Shown here piece by piece: positions 46,681 through 59,599 of a DNA stretch of 64,000 nucleotides (the stretch's first letter is position 1; each line of letters begins with the position of its first letter). Made by a program: the position numbers and the translations under genes. The notes under the pieces are model-generated. The model did not search any database. It had not been told where the DNA came from and saw nothing but the letters and a program-made list of their open reading frames with translations. This stretch comes from Eledone cirrhosa. Lineage: Eukaryota. The stretch spans positions 24,986,001-25,050,000 of the forward strand of contig OZ024753.1 in NCBI GenBank assembly GCA_964016885.1. The letters run 5' to 3'.

Positions 46681-49600
46681 ATAGAAACAGGATAGTAATA
46701 ACTCCAACCAAGACATAGAAACAGGATAGTAATAACTCCAGCCAAGATATAGAAACAGGATAGTAATAACTCCGACCAAGACATAGAAACAGGATAGTAA
46801 TAACTCCAGCCAAGATATAGAAACAGTATAGTAATAACTCCAACCAAGACATAGAAACAGGATAGTAATAACTCCAACCAAGACATAGAAACAGGATAGT
46901 AATAACTCCAGCCAAGATATAGAAACAGGATAGTAATAACTCCAACCAAGACATAGAAACATGATAGTAATAACTCCAACCAAGATATAGAAACAGGATA
47001 GTAATAACTCAAACCAAGATATAGAAACAGGATAGTAATAACTCCAACCAAGACATAGAAACATGATAGTAATAACACCAGCCAAGATATAGAAAAATGA
47101 TAGTAATAACTCCAGCCAAGACATAGAAACATGATAGTAATAACTCCAGCCAACACATAGAAACATGATAGTAATAACTCCAGCCAAGATATAGAAACAG
47201 GATAGTAATAACTCCAGTCAAGACATAGAAACATGATAGTAATAACTCCAGTCAAGACATAGAAACATGATAGTAATAACTCCAACCAAGTCATAGAAAC
47301 ATGATAGTAATAACTCCAGTCAAGACATAGAAACAGGATTGTAATAACTCCAGTCAAGACATAGAAACATTATAGTAATAACACCAACCAAGACATAGGA
47401 ACAGGATAGTAATAACTCCAGTCAAAACATAGAAACAGGATAGTAATAACTCCAACCAAGATATAGAAACAGGATAGTAATAACTCCAGTCAAGACATAG
47501 AAACATGATAATAATAACTCCCACCAAGACATAGAAACATGATAGTAATAAACCCAATCATGACATAAAAACATGATAATAATAACTTCAGTCAAGATAT
47601 AGAAACATGATAGTAATAACTCCAGTCAAGATATAGAAACATGATAGTAATAACTCCAGCCAAGACATAGAAACATGATAGTAATAACTCCAGCCAACAC
47701 ATAGAAACATGATAGTAATAACTCCAGCCAAGATATAGAAACAGGATAGTAATAACTCCAGTCAAGACATAGAAACATGATAGTAATAACTCCAGTCAAG
47801 ACATAGAAACATGATAGTAATAACTCCAGCCAAGACATAGAAACATGATAGTAATAACTCCAGCCAACACATAGAAACATGATAGTAATAACTCCAGCCA
47901 AGATATAGAAACAGGATAGTAATAACTCCAGTCAAGACATAGAAACATGATAGTAATAACTCCAGTCAAGACATAGAAACATGATAGTAATAACTCCAAT
48001 CAAGACATAGAAACAGGATAGTAATAACTCCTACCAGAACATAGAAACAGGATAGTAATAACTCCAACCAAGACATAGAAACAGGATAGTAATAACTCCA
48101 GCCAAGATATAGAAACAGTATAGTAATAACTCCAACCAAGACATAGAAACAGGATAGTAATAACTCCAACCAAGACATAGAAACAGGATAGTAATAACTC
48201 CAGCCAAGATATAGAAACAGGATAGTAATAACTCCAACCAAGATATAGAAACAGGATAGTAATAACTCCAGCCAAGATATAGAAACAGTATAGTAATAAC
48301 TCCAACCAAGACATAGAAACAGGATAGTAATAACTCCAACCAAGACATAGAAACAGGATAGTAATAACTCCAGCCAAGATATAGAAACAGGATAGTAATA
48401 ACCCCAATCATGACATAAAAACATGATAATAATAACTTCAGTCAAGATATAGAAACATGATAGTAATAACTCCAGTCAAGATATAGAAACATGATAGTAA
48501 TAACTCCAGCCAATACATAGAAACATGATAGTAATAACTCCAGCCAACACATAGAAACATGATAGTAATAACTCCAGCCAAGATATAGAAACAGGATAGT
48601 AATAACTCCAGTCAAGACATAGAAACATGATAGTAATAACTCCAGTCAAGACATAGAAACATGATAGTAATAACTCCAACCAAGTCATAGAAACATGATA
48701 GTAATAACTCCAGTGAAGACATAGAAACAGGATAGTAATAACTCCAGTCAAGACATAGAAACATTATAGTAATAACACCAACCAAGACATAGGAACAGGA
48801 TAGTAATAACTCCAGTCAAAACATAGAAACAGGATAGTAATAACTCCAACCAAGATATAGAAACAGGATAGTAATAACTCCAGTCAAGACATAGAAACAT
48901 GATAATAATAACTCCAACCAAGACATAGAAACATGATAGTAATAAACCCAATCATGACATAAAAACATGATAATAATAACTTCAGTCAAGATATAGAAAC
49001 ATGATAGTAATAACTCCAGTCAAGATATAGAAACATGATAGTAATAACTCCAGCCAAGACATAGAAACATGATAGTAATAACTCCAGCCAACACATAGAA
49101 ACATGATAGTAATAACTCCAGCCAAGATATAGAAACAGGATAGTAATAACTCCAGTCAAGACATAGAAACATGATAGTAATAACTCCAGTCAAGACATAG
49201 AAACATGATAGTAATAACTCCAGCCAAGACATAGAAACATGATAGTAATAACTCCAGCCAACACATAGAAACATGATAGTAATAACTCCAGCCAAGATAT
49301 AGAAACAGGATAGTAATAACTCCAGTCAAGACATAGAAACATGATAGTAATAACTCCAGTCAAGACATAGAAACATGATAGTAATAACTCCAGTCAAGAC
49401 ATAGAAACATGATAGTAATAACCCCAATCAAGTCATAGAAACATGATAGTAATAACTCCAACCAAGACATAGAAACATGATAGTAATAACTCCAACCAAA
49501 ATATAGAAACAGGATAGTAATAACTCTAACCAAGATATAGAAACATGACAGTAATAACTCCAACCAAAATATAGAAACATGATAGTAGTAACTCCAACCA

Positions 49601-50950
49601 AGACATAGAAACATGATAGTAATAACTCCAACCAAGACATAGAAACAGGATAGTAATAACTCCAACCAAGACATAGAAACAGGATAGTAATAACTCCAGC
49701 CAAGATATAGAAGCAGGATAGTAATAACTCCGACCAAGACATAGAAACAGGATAGTAATAACTCCAGCCAAGATATAGAAACAGTATAGTAATAACTCCA
49801 ACCAAGACATAGAAACAGGATAGTAATAACTCCAACCAAGACATAGAAACAGGATAGTAATAACTCCAGCCAAGATATAGAAACAGGATAGTAATAACTC
49901 CAACCAAGACATAGAAACATGATAGTAATAACTCCAACCAAGATATAGAAACAGGATAGTAATAACTCAAACCAAGATATAGAAACAGGATAGTAATAAC
50001 TCCAACCAAGACATAGAAACATGATAGTAATAACTCCAGCCAAGATATAGAAAAATGATAGTAATAACTCCAGCCAAGACATAGAAACATGATAGTAATA
50101 ACTCCAGCCAACACATAGAAACATGATAGTAATAACTCCAGCCAAGATATAGAAACAGGATAGTAATAACTCCAGCCAAGACATAGAAACATGATAGTAA
50201 TAACTCCAGTCAAGACATAGAAACATGATAGTAATAACTCCAACCAAGTCATAGAAACATGATAGTAATAACTCCAGTCAAGACATAGAAACAGGATTGT
50301 AATAACTCCAGTCAAGACATAGAAACATTATAGTAATAACACCAACCAAGACATAGGAACAGGATAGTAATAACTCCAGTCAAAACATAGAAACAGGATA
50401 GTAATAACTCCAACCAAGATATAGAAACAGGATAGTAATAACTCCAGTCAAGACATAGAAACATGATAATAATAACTCCCACCAAGACATAGAAACATGA
50501 TAGTAATAAACCCAATCATGACATAAAAACATGATAATAATAACTTCAGTCAAGATATAGAAACATGATAGTAATAACTCCAGTCAAGATATAGAAACAT
50601 GATAGTAATAACTCCAGCCAAGACATAGAAACATGATAGTAATAACTCCAGCCAACACATAGAAACATGATAGTAATAACTCCAGCCAAGATATAGAAAC
50701 AGGATAGTAATAACTCCAGTCAAGACATAGAAACATGATAGTAATAACTCCAGTCAAGACATAGAAACATGATAGTAATAACTCCAGCCAAGACATAGAA
50801 ACATGATAGTAATAACTCCAGCCAACACATAGAAACATGATAGTAATAACTCCAGCCAAGATATAGAAACAGGATAGTAATAACTCCAGTCAAGACATAG
50901 AAACATGATAGTAATAACTCCAGTCAAGACATAGAAACATGATAGTAATA
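45030..50950. repeat. Tandem duplication with period 2,958 bp (87 monomers)
   Basis: ORF pairs 45042/48000, 45518/48476, 46402/49360, 47354/50312 and 47626/50584 are all offset 2958. Confidence 0.85.
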
Positions 50951-53900
50951 ACTCCAGTCAAGACATAGAAACATGATAGTAATAACCCCAATCAAGTTAT
51001 AGAAACATGATAGTAATAACTCCAACCAAGACATAGAAACATGATAGTAATAACTCCAACCAAAATATTGAAACATGATAGTAATAACTCTAACCAAGAT
51101 ATAGAAACATGACAGTAATAACTCCAACCAAAATATAGAAACATGATAGTAGTAACTCCAACCAAGACATAGAAACATGATAGTAATAACTCCAACCAAG
51201 ACATAGAAACAGGATAGTAATAACTCCAACCAAGACATAGAAACAGGATAGTAATAACTCCAGCCAAGATATAGAAACAGGATAGTAATAACTCCAACCA
51301 AGACATAGAAACAGGATAGTAATAACTCCAGCCAAGATATAGAAACAGTATAGTAATAACTCCAACCAAGACATAGAAACAGGATAGTAATAACTCCAAC
51401 CAAGACATAGAAACAGGATAGTAATAACTCCAGCCAAGATATAGAAACAGGATAGTAATAACTCCAACCAAGACATAGAAACAGGTTAGTAATAACTACA
51501 ACCAAGATATAGAAACATGATAGTAATAACTCCAGCCAAGATATAGAAACAGGATAGTAATAACTCCAAACAAGACATAGAAACAGGATAGTAATAACTC
51601 CAATCAAAATATGGAAACATGATAGTAATAACTCCAATCAAGACATAGAAACAGGATAGTAATAACTCCAACCAAGACAGAGAAACAGGATAGTAATAAC
51701 TCCAGTCAAGACATAGAAACAGGATAGTAATAACTCCAGCCAAGATATAGAAACAGGATAGTAATAACTCCAGTCAAGACATAGAAACATGATAGTAATA
51801 ACTCCAGTCAAGACATAGAAACATGATAGTAATAACTCCAACCAAGTCATAGAAACATGATAGTAATAACTCCAGTCAAGACATAGAAACAGGATAGTAA
51901 TAACTCCAACCAAGACAGAGAAACAGGATAGTAATAACTCCAGTCAAGACATAGAAACAGGATAGTAATAACTCCAGCCAAGATATAGAAACAGGATAGT
52001 AATAACTCCAGTCAAGACAGAGAAACAGGATAGTAATAACTCCAACCAAGATATAGAAACAGGATAGTAATAACTCCAGTCAAGACATAGTAAAAGGATA
52101 GTAATAACTCCAACCAAGATATAGAAACAGGATAGTAATAACTCCAGCAAAGACATAGAAACAGGATAGTAATAACTCCAGTCAAGACATAGAAACATGA
52201 TAGTAATAACTCCAGTCAAGACATACAAACAGGATAGTAATAACTCCAACCAAGACATACAAACAGGATAGTAATAACTCCAGCAAAGACATAGAAACAG
52301 CATAGTAATAACTCCAACCAAGACATAGAAACATGATAGTAATAACCCCAATCATGACATAGAAACATGATAATAATAACTTCAGTCAAGATATAGAAAC
52401 AAGATAGTAATAAGTCAAGACATAGAAACATGATAGTAATAACTCCAGATAAGAGATAGAAACATGATAGTAATAACTCCCGCCAAGATATAGAAACATG
52501 ATAGTAATAACTCCAGTCAAGACATAGAAACATGATAGTAATAACTCCAGGCAAGACATAGAAACATGATAGTAATAACTCCAGTCAAGATATAGAAACA
52601 TGATAGTAATAACCCCAATCAAGTTATAGAAACATGATAGTAATAACTCCAACCAAGACATAGAAACATGATAGTAATAACTCCAACCAAAATATAGAAA
52701 CATGATAGTAACAACTCCAACCAAGATATAGAAACATGATAGTAATAACTCCAACCAAAATATAGAAACATGATAGTAATAACTCAAACCAAGACATAGA
52801 AACATGATAGTAATAACTCCAACCAAGACATAGAAACAGGATAGTAATAACTCCAACCAAGATATAGAAATAGGATAGTAATAACTCCAACCAAAATATT
52901 GAAACATGATAGTAATAACTCTAACCAAGATATAGAAACAGGATAGTAATAACTCCAACCAAGACATAGAAACAGGATAGTAATAACTCCAGACAAGACA
53001 TAGAAACAGGATAGTAATAACTCCAGACAAGACATAGAAACAGGATAGTAATAACTCCAGACAAGACATAGAAACATGATAGTAATAACTCCAACCAAGA
53101 TATAGAAACATGATAATAATATCTCCAACCAAGACATAGAAACAGGATAGTAATAACTCCAGACAAGACATAGAAACAGGATAGTAATAACTCCAACCAA
53201 GACATAGAAACAGGATAGTAATAACTCCAGTCAAGACATAGAAACATGATAGTAATAACTCCAACCAAGTCATAGAAACATGATAGTAATAACTCCAGTC
53301 AAGACATAGAAACAGGATTGTAATAACTCCAGTCAAGACATAGAAACATTATAGTAATAACACCAACCAAGACATAGGAACAGGATAGTAATAACTCCAG
53401 TCAAAACATAGAAACAGGATAGTAATAACTCCAACCAAGATATAGAAACAGGATAGTAATAACTCCAGTCAAGACATAGAAACATGATAATAATAACTCC
53501 CACCAAGACATAGAAACATGATAGTAATAAACCCAATCATGACATAAAAACATGATAATAATAACTTCAGTCAAGATATAGAAACATGATAGTAATAACT
53601 CCAGTCAAGATATAGAAACATGATAGTAATAACTCCAGCCAAGACATAGAAACATGATAGTAATAACTCCAGCCAACACATAGAAACATGATAGTAATAA
53701 CTCCAGCCAAGATATAGAAACAGGATAGTAATAACTCCAGTCAAGACATAGAAACATGATAGTAATAACTCCAGTCAAGACATAGAAACATGATAGTAAT
53801 AACTCCAGCCAAGACATAGAAACATGATAGTAATAACTCCAGCCAACACATAGAAACATGATAGTAATAACTCCAGCCAAGATATAGAAACAGGATAGTA

Positions 53901-56900
53901 ATAACTCCAGTCAAGACATAGAAACATGATAGTAATAACTCCAGTCAAGACATAGAAACATGATAGTAATAACTCCAGTCAAGACATAGAAACATGATAG
54001 TAATAACCCCAATCAAGTTATAGAAACATGATAGTAATAACTCCAACCAAGACATAGAAACATGATAGTAATAACTCCAACCAAAATATTGAAACATGAT
54101 AGTAATAACTCTAACCAAGATATAGAAACATGACAGTAATAACTCCAACCAAAATATAGAAACATGATAGTAGTAACTCCAACCAAGACATAGAAACATG
54201 ATAGTAATAACTCCAACCAAGACATAGAAACAGGATAGTAATAACTCCAACCAAGACATAGAAACAGGATAGTAATAACTCCAGCCAAGATATAGAAACA
54301 GGATAGTAATAACTCCAACCAAGACATAGAAACAGGATAGTAATAACTCCAGCCAAGATATAGAAACAGTATAGTAATAACTCCAACCAAGACATAGAAA
54401 CAGGATAGTAATAACTCCAACCAAGACATAGAAACAGGATAGTAATAACTCCAGCCAAGATATAGAAACAGGATAGTAATAACTCCAACCAAGACATAGA
54501 AACAGGTTAGTAATAACTACAACCAAGATATAGAAACATGATAGTAATAACTCCAGCCAAGATATAGAAACAGGATAGTAATAACTCCAAACAAGACATA
54601 GAAACAGGATAGTAATAACTCCAATCAAAATATGGAAACATGATAGTAATAACTCCAATCAAGACATAGAAACAGGATAGTAATAACTCCAACCAAGACA
54701 GAGAAACAGGATAGTAATAACTCCAGTCAAGACATAGAAACAGGATAGTAATAACTCCAGCCAAGATATAGAAACAGGATAGTAATAACTCCAGTCAAGA
54801 CATAGAAACATGATAGTAATAACTCCAGTCAAGACATAGAAACATGATAGTAATAACTCCAACCAAGTCATAGAAACATGATAGTAATAACTCCAGTCAA
54901 GACATAGAAACAGGATAGTAATAACTCCAACCAAGACAGAGAAACAGGATAGTAATAACTCCAGTCAAGACATAGAAACAGGATAGTAATAACTCCAGCC
55001 AAGATATAGAAACAGGATAGTAATAACTCCAGTCAAGACAGAGAAACAGGATAGTAATAACTCCAACCAAGATATAGAAACAGGATAGTAATAACTCCAG
55101 TCAAGACATAGTAAAAGGATAGTAATAACTCCAACCAAGATATAGAAACAGGATAGTAATAACTCCAGCAAAGACATAGAAACAGGATAGTAATAACTCC
55201 AGTCAAGACATAGAAACATGATAGTAATAACTCCAGTCAAGACATACAAACAGGATAGTAATAACTCCAACCAAGACATACAAACAGGATAGTAATAACT
55301 CCAGCAAAGACATAGAAACAGCATAGTAATAACTCCAACCAAGACATAGAAACATGATAGTAATAACCCCAATCATGACATAGAAACATGATAATAATAA
55401 CTTCAGTCAAGATATAGAAACAAGATAGTAATAAGTCAAGACATAGAAACATGATAGTAATAACTCCAGATAAGAGATAGAAACATGATAGTAATAACTC
55501 CCGCCAAGATATAGAAACATGATAGTAATAACTCCAGTCAAGACATAGAAACATGATAGTAATAACTCCAGGCAAGACATAGAAACATGATAGTAATAAC
55601 TCCAGTCAAGATATAGAAACATGATAGTAATAACCCCAATCAAGTTATAGAAACATGATAGTAATAACTCCAACCAAGACATAGAAACATGATAGTAATA
55701 ACTCCAACCAAAATATAGAAACATGATAGTAACAACTCCAACCAAGATATAGAAACATGATAGTAATAACTCCAACCAAAATATAGAAACATGATAGTAA
55801 TAACTCAAACCAAGACATAGAAACATGATAGTAATAACTCCAACCAAGACATAGAAACAGGATAGTAATAACTCCAACCAAGATATAGAAATAGGATAGT
55901 AATAACTCCAACCAAAATATTGAAACATGATAGTAATAACTCTAACCAAGATATAGAAACAGGATAGTAATAACTCCAACCAAGACATAGAAACAGGATA
56001 GTAATAACTCCAGACAAGACATAGAAACAGGATAGTAATAACTCCAGACAAGACATAGAAACAGGATAGTAATAACTCCAGACAAGACATAGAAACATGA
56101 TAGTAATAACTCCAACCAAGATATAGAAACATGATAATAATATCTCCAACCAAGACATAGAAACAGGATAGTAATAACTCCAGACAAGACATAGAAACAG
56201 GATAGTAATAACTCCAACCAAGACATAGAAACAGGATAGTAATAACTCCAGTCAAGACATAGAAACATGATAGTAATAACTCCAACCAAGTCATAGAAAC
56301 ATGATAGTAATAACTCCAGTCAAGACATAGAAACAGGATTGTAATAACTCCAGTCAAGACATAGAAACATTATAGTAATAACACCAACCAAGACATAGGA
56401 ACAGGATAGTAATAACTCCAGTCAAAACATAGAAACAGGATAGTAATAACTCCAACCAAGATATAGAAACAGGATAGTAATAACTCCAGTCAAGACATAG
56501 AAACATGATAATAATAACTCCCACCAAGACATAGAAACATGATAGTAATAAACCCAATCATGACATAAAAACATGATAATAATAACTTCAGTCAAGATAT
56601 AGAAACATGATAGTAATAACTCCAGTCAAGATATAGAAACATGATAGTAATAACTCCAGCCAAGACATAGAAACATGATAGTAATAACTCCAGCCAACAC
56701 ATAGAAACATGATAGTAATAACTCCAGCCAAGATATAGAAACAGGATAGTAATAACTCCAGTCAAGACATAGAAACATGATAGTAATAACTCCAGTCAAG
56801 ACATAGAAACATGATAGTAATAACTCCAGCCAAGACATAGAAACATGATAGTAATAACTCCAGCCAACACATAGAAACATGATAGTAATAACTCCAGCCA

Positions 56901-59272
56901 AGATATAGAAACAGGATAGTAATAACTCCAGTCAAGACATAGAAACATGATAGTAATAACTCCAGTCAAGACATAGAAACATGATAGTAATAACTCCAGT
57001 CAAGACATAGAAACATGATAGTAATAACCCCAATCAAGTTATAGAAACATGATAGTAATAACTCCAACCAAGACATAGAAACATGATAGTAATAACTCCA
57101 ACCAAAATATTGAAACATGATAGTAATAACTCTAACCAAGATATAGAAACATGACAGTAATAACTCCAACCAAAATATAGAAACATGATAGTAGTAACTC
57201 CAACCAAGACATAGAAACATGATAGTAATAACTCCAACCAAGACATAGAAACAGGATAGTAATAACTCCAACCAAGACATAGAAACAGGATAGTAATAAC
57301 TCCAGCCAAGATATAGAAACAGGATAGTAATAACTCCAACCAAGACATAGAAACAGGATAGTAATAACTCCAGCCAAGATATAGAAACAGTATAGTAATA
57401 ACTCCAACCAAGACATAGAAACAGGATAGTAATAACTCCAACCAAGACATAGAAACAGGATAGTAATAACTCCAGCCAAGATATAGAAACAGGATAGTAA
57501 TAACTCCAACCAAGACATAGAAACAGGTTAGTAATAACTACAACCAAGATATAGAAACATGATAGTAATAACTCCAGCCAAGATATAGAAACAGGATAGT
57601 AATAACTCCAAACAAGACATAGAAACAGGATAGTAATAACTCCAATCAAAATATGGAAACATGATAGTAATAACTCCAATCAAGACATAGAAACAGGATA
57701 GTAATAACTCCAACCAAGACAGAGAAACAGGATAGTAATAACTCCAGTCAAGACATAGAAACAGGATAGTAATAACTCCAGCCAAGATATAGAAACAGGA
57801 TAGTAATAACTCCAGTCAAGACATAGAAACATGATAGTAATAACTCCAGTCAAGACATAGAAACATGATAGTAATAACTCCAACCAAGTCATAGAAACAT
57901 GATAGTAATAACTCCAGTCAAGACATAGAAACAGGATAGTAATAACTCCAACCAAGACAGAGAAACAGGATAGTAATAACTCCAGTCAAGACATAGAAAC
58001 AGGATAGTAATAACTCCAGCCAAGATATAGAAACAGGATAGTAATAACTCCAGTCAAGACAGAGAAACAGGATAGTAATAACTCCAACCAAGATATAGAA
58101 ACAGGATAGTAATAACTCCAGTCAAGACATAGTAAAAGGATAGTAATAACTCCAACCAAGATATAGAAACAGGATAGTAATAACTCCAGCAAAGACATAG
58201 AAACAGGATAGTAATAACTCCAGTCAAGACATAGAAACATGATAGTAATAACTCCAGTCAAGACATACAAACAGGATAGTAATAACTCCAACCAAGACAT
58301 ACAAACAGGATAGTAATAACTCCAGCAAAGACATAGAAACAGCATAGTAATAACTCCAACCAAGACATAGAAACATGATAGTAATAACCCCAATCATGAC
58401 ATAGAAACATGATAATAATAACTTCAGTCAAGATATAGAAACAAGATAGTAATAAGTCAAGACATAGAAACATGATAGTAATAACTCCAGATAAGAGATA
58501 GAAACATGATAGTAATAACTCCCGCCAAGATATAGAAACATGATAGTAATAACTCCAGTCAAGACATAGAAACATGATAGTAATAACTCCAGGCAAGACA
58601 TAGAAACATGATAGTAATAACTCCAGTCAAGATATAGAAACATGATAGTAATAACCCCAATCAAGTTATAGAAACATGATAGTAATAACTCCAACCAAGA
58701 CATAGAAACATGATAGTAATAACTCCAACCAAAATATAGAAACATGATAGTAACAACTCCAACCAAGATATAGAAACATGATAGTAATAACTCCAACCAA
58801 AATATAGAAACATGATAGTAATAACTCAAACCAAGACATAGAAACATGATAGTAATAACTCCAACCAAGACATAGAAACAGGATAGTAATAACTCCAACC
58901 AAGATATAGAAATAGGATAGTAATAACTCCAACCAAAATATTGAAACATGATAGTAATAACTCTAACCAAGATATAGAAACAGGATAGTAATAACTCCAA
59001 CCAAGACATAGAAACAGGATAGTAATAACTCCAGACAAGACATAGAAACAGGATAGTAATAACTCCAGACAAGACATAGAAACAGGATAGTAATAACTCC
59101 AGACAAGACATAGAAACATGATAGTAATAACTCCAACCAAGATATAGAAACATGATAATAATATCTCCAACCAAGACATAGAAACAGGATAGTAATAACT
59201 CCAGACAAGACATAGAAACAGGATAGTAATAACTCCAACCAAGACATAGAAACAGGATAGTAATAACTCCAG
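50195..59272. repeat. Three essentially identical tandem copies of a 3,021-bp HOR (89 monomers minus 5 bp)
   Basis: 5-bp deletion junctions lie at 52413, 55434 and 58455. Identical ORF translations start at 50312/53333/56354, 50924/53945/56966 and 52216/55237/58258. Identity ends at 59273. Confidence 0.93.
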
Positions 59273-59599
59273 ACAAGACTGAGAAACATGATAATAATAA
59301 CTCCAACCAAGACATAGAAACATGATAGTAATAACCCCAATCATGACATAAAAACATGATAATAATAACTTCAGTCAAGATATAGAAACATGATAGTAAT
59401 AACTCCAGTCAAGATATAGAAACATGATAGTAATAACTCCAGCCAAGACATAGAAACATGATAGTAATAACTCCAGCCAACACATAGAAACATGATAGTA
59501 ATAACTCCAGCCAAGATATAGAAACAGGATAGTAATAACTCCAGTCAAGACATAGAAACATGATAGTAATAACTCCAACCAAGACAGAGAAACAGGATA

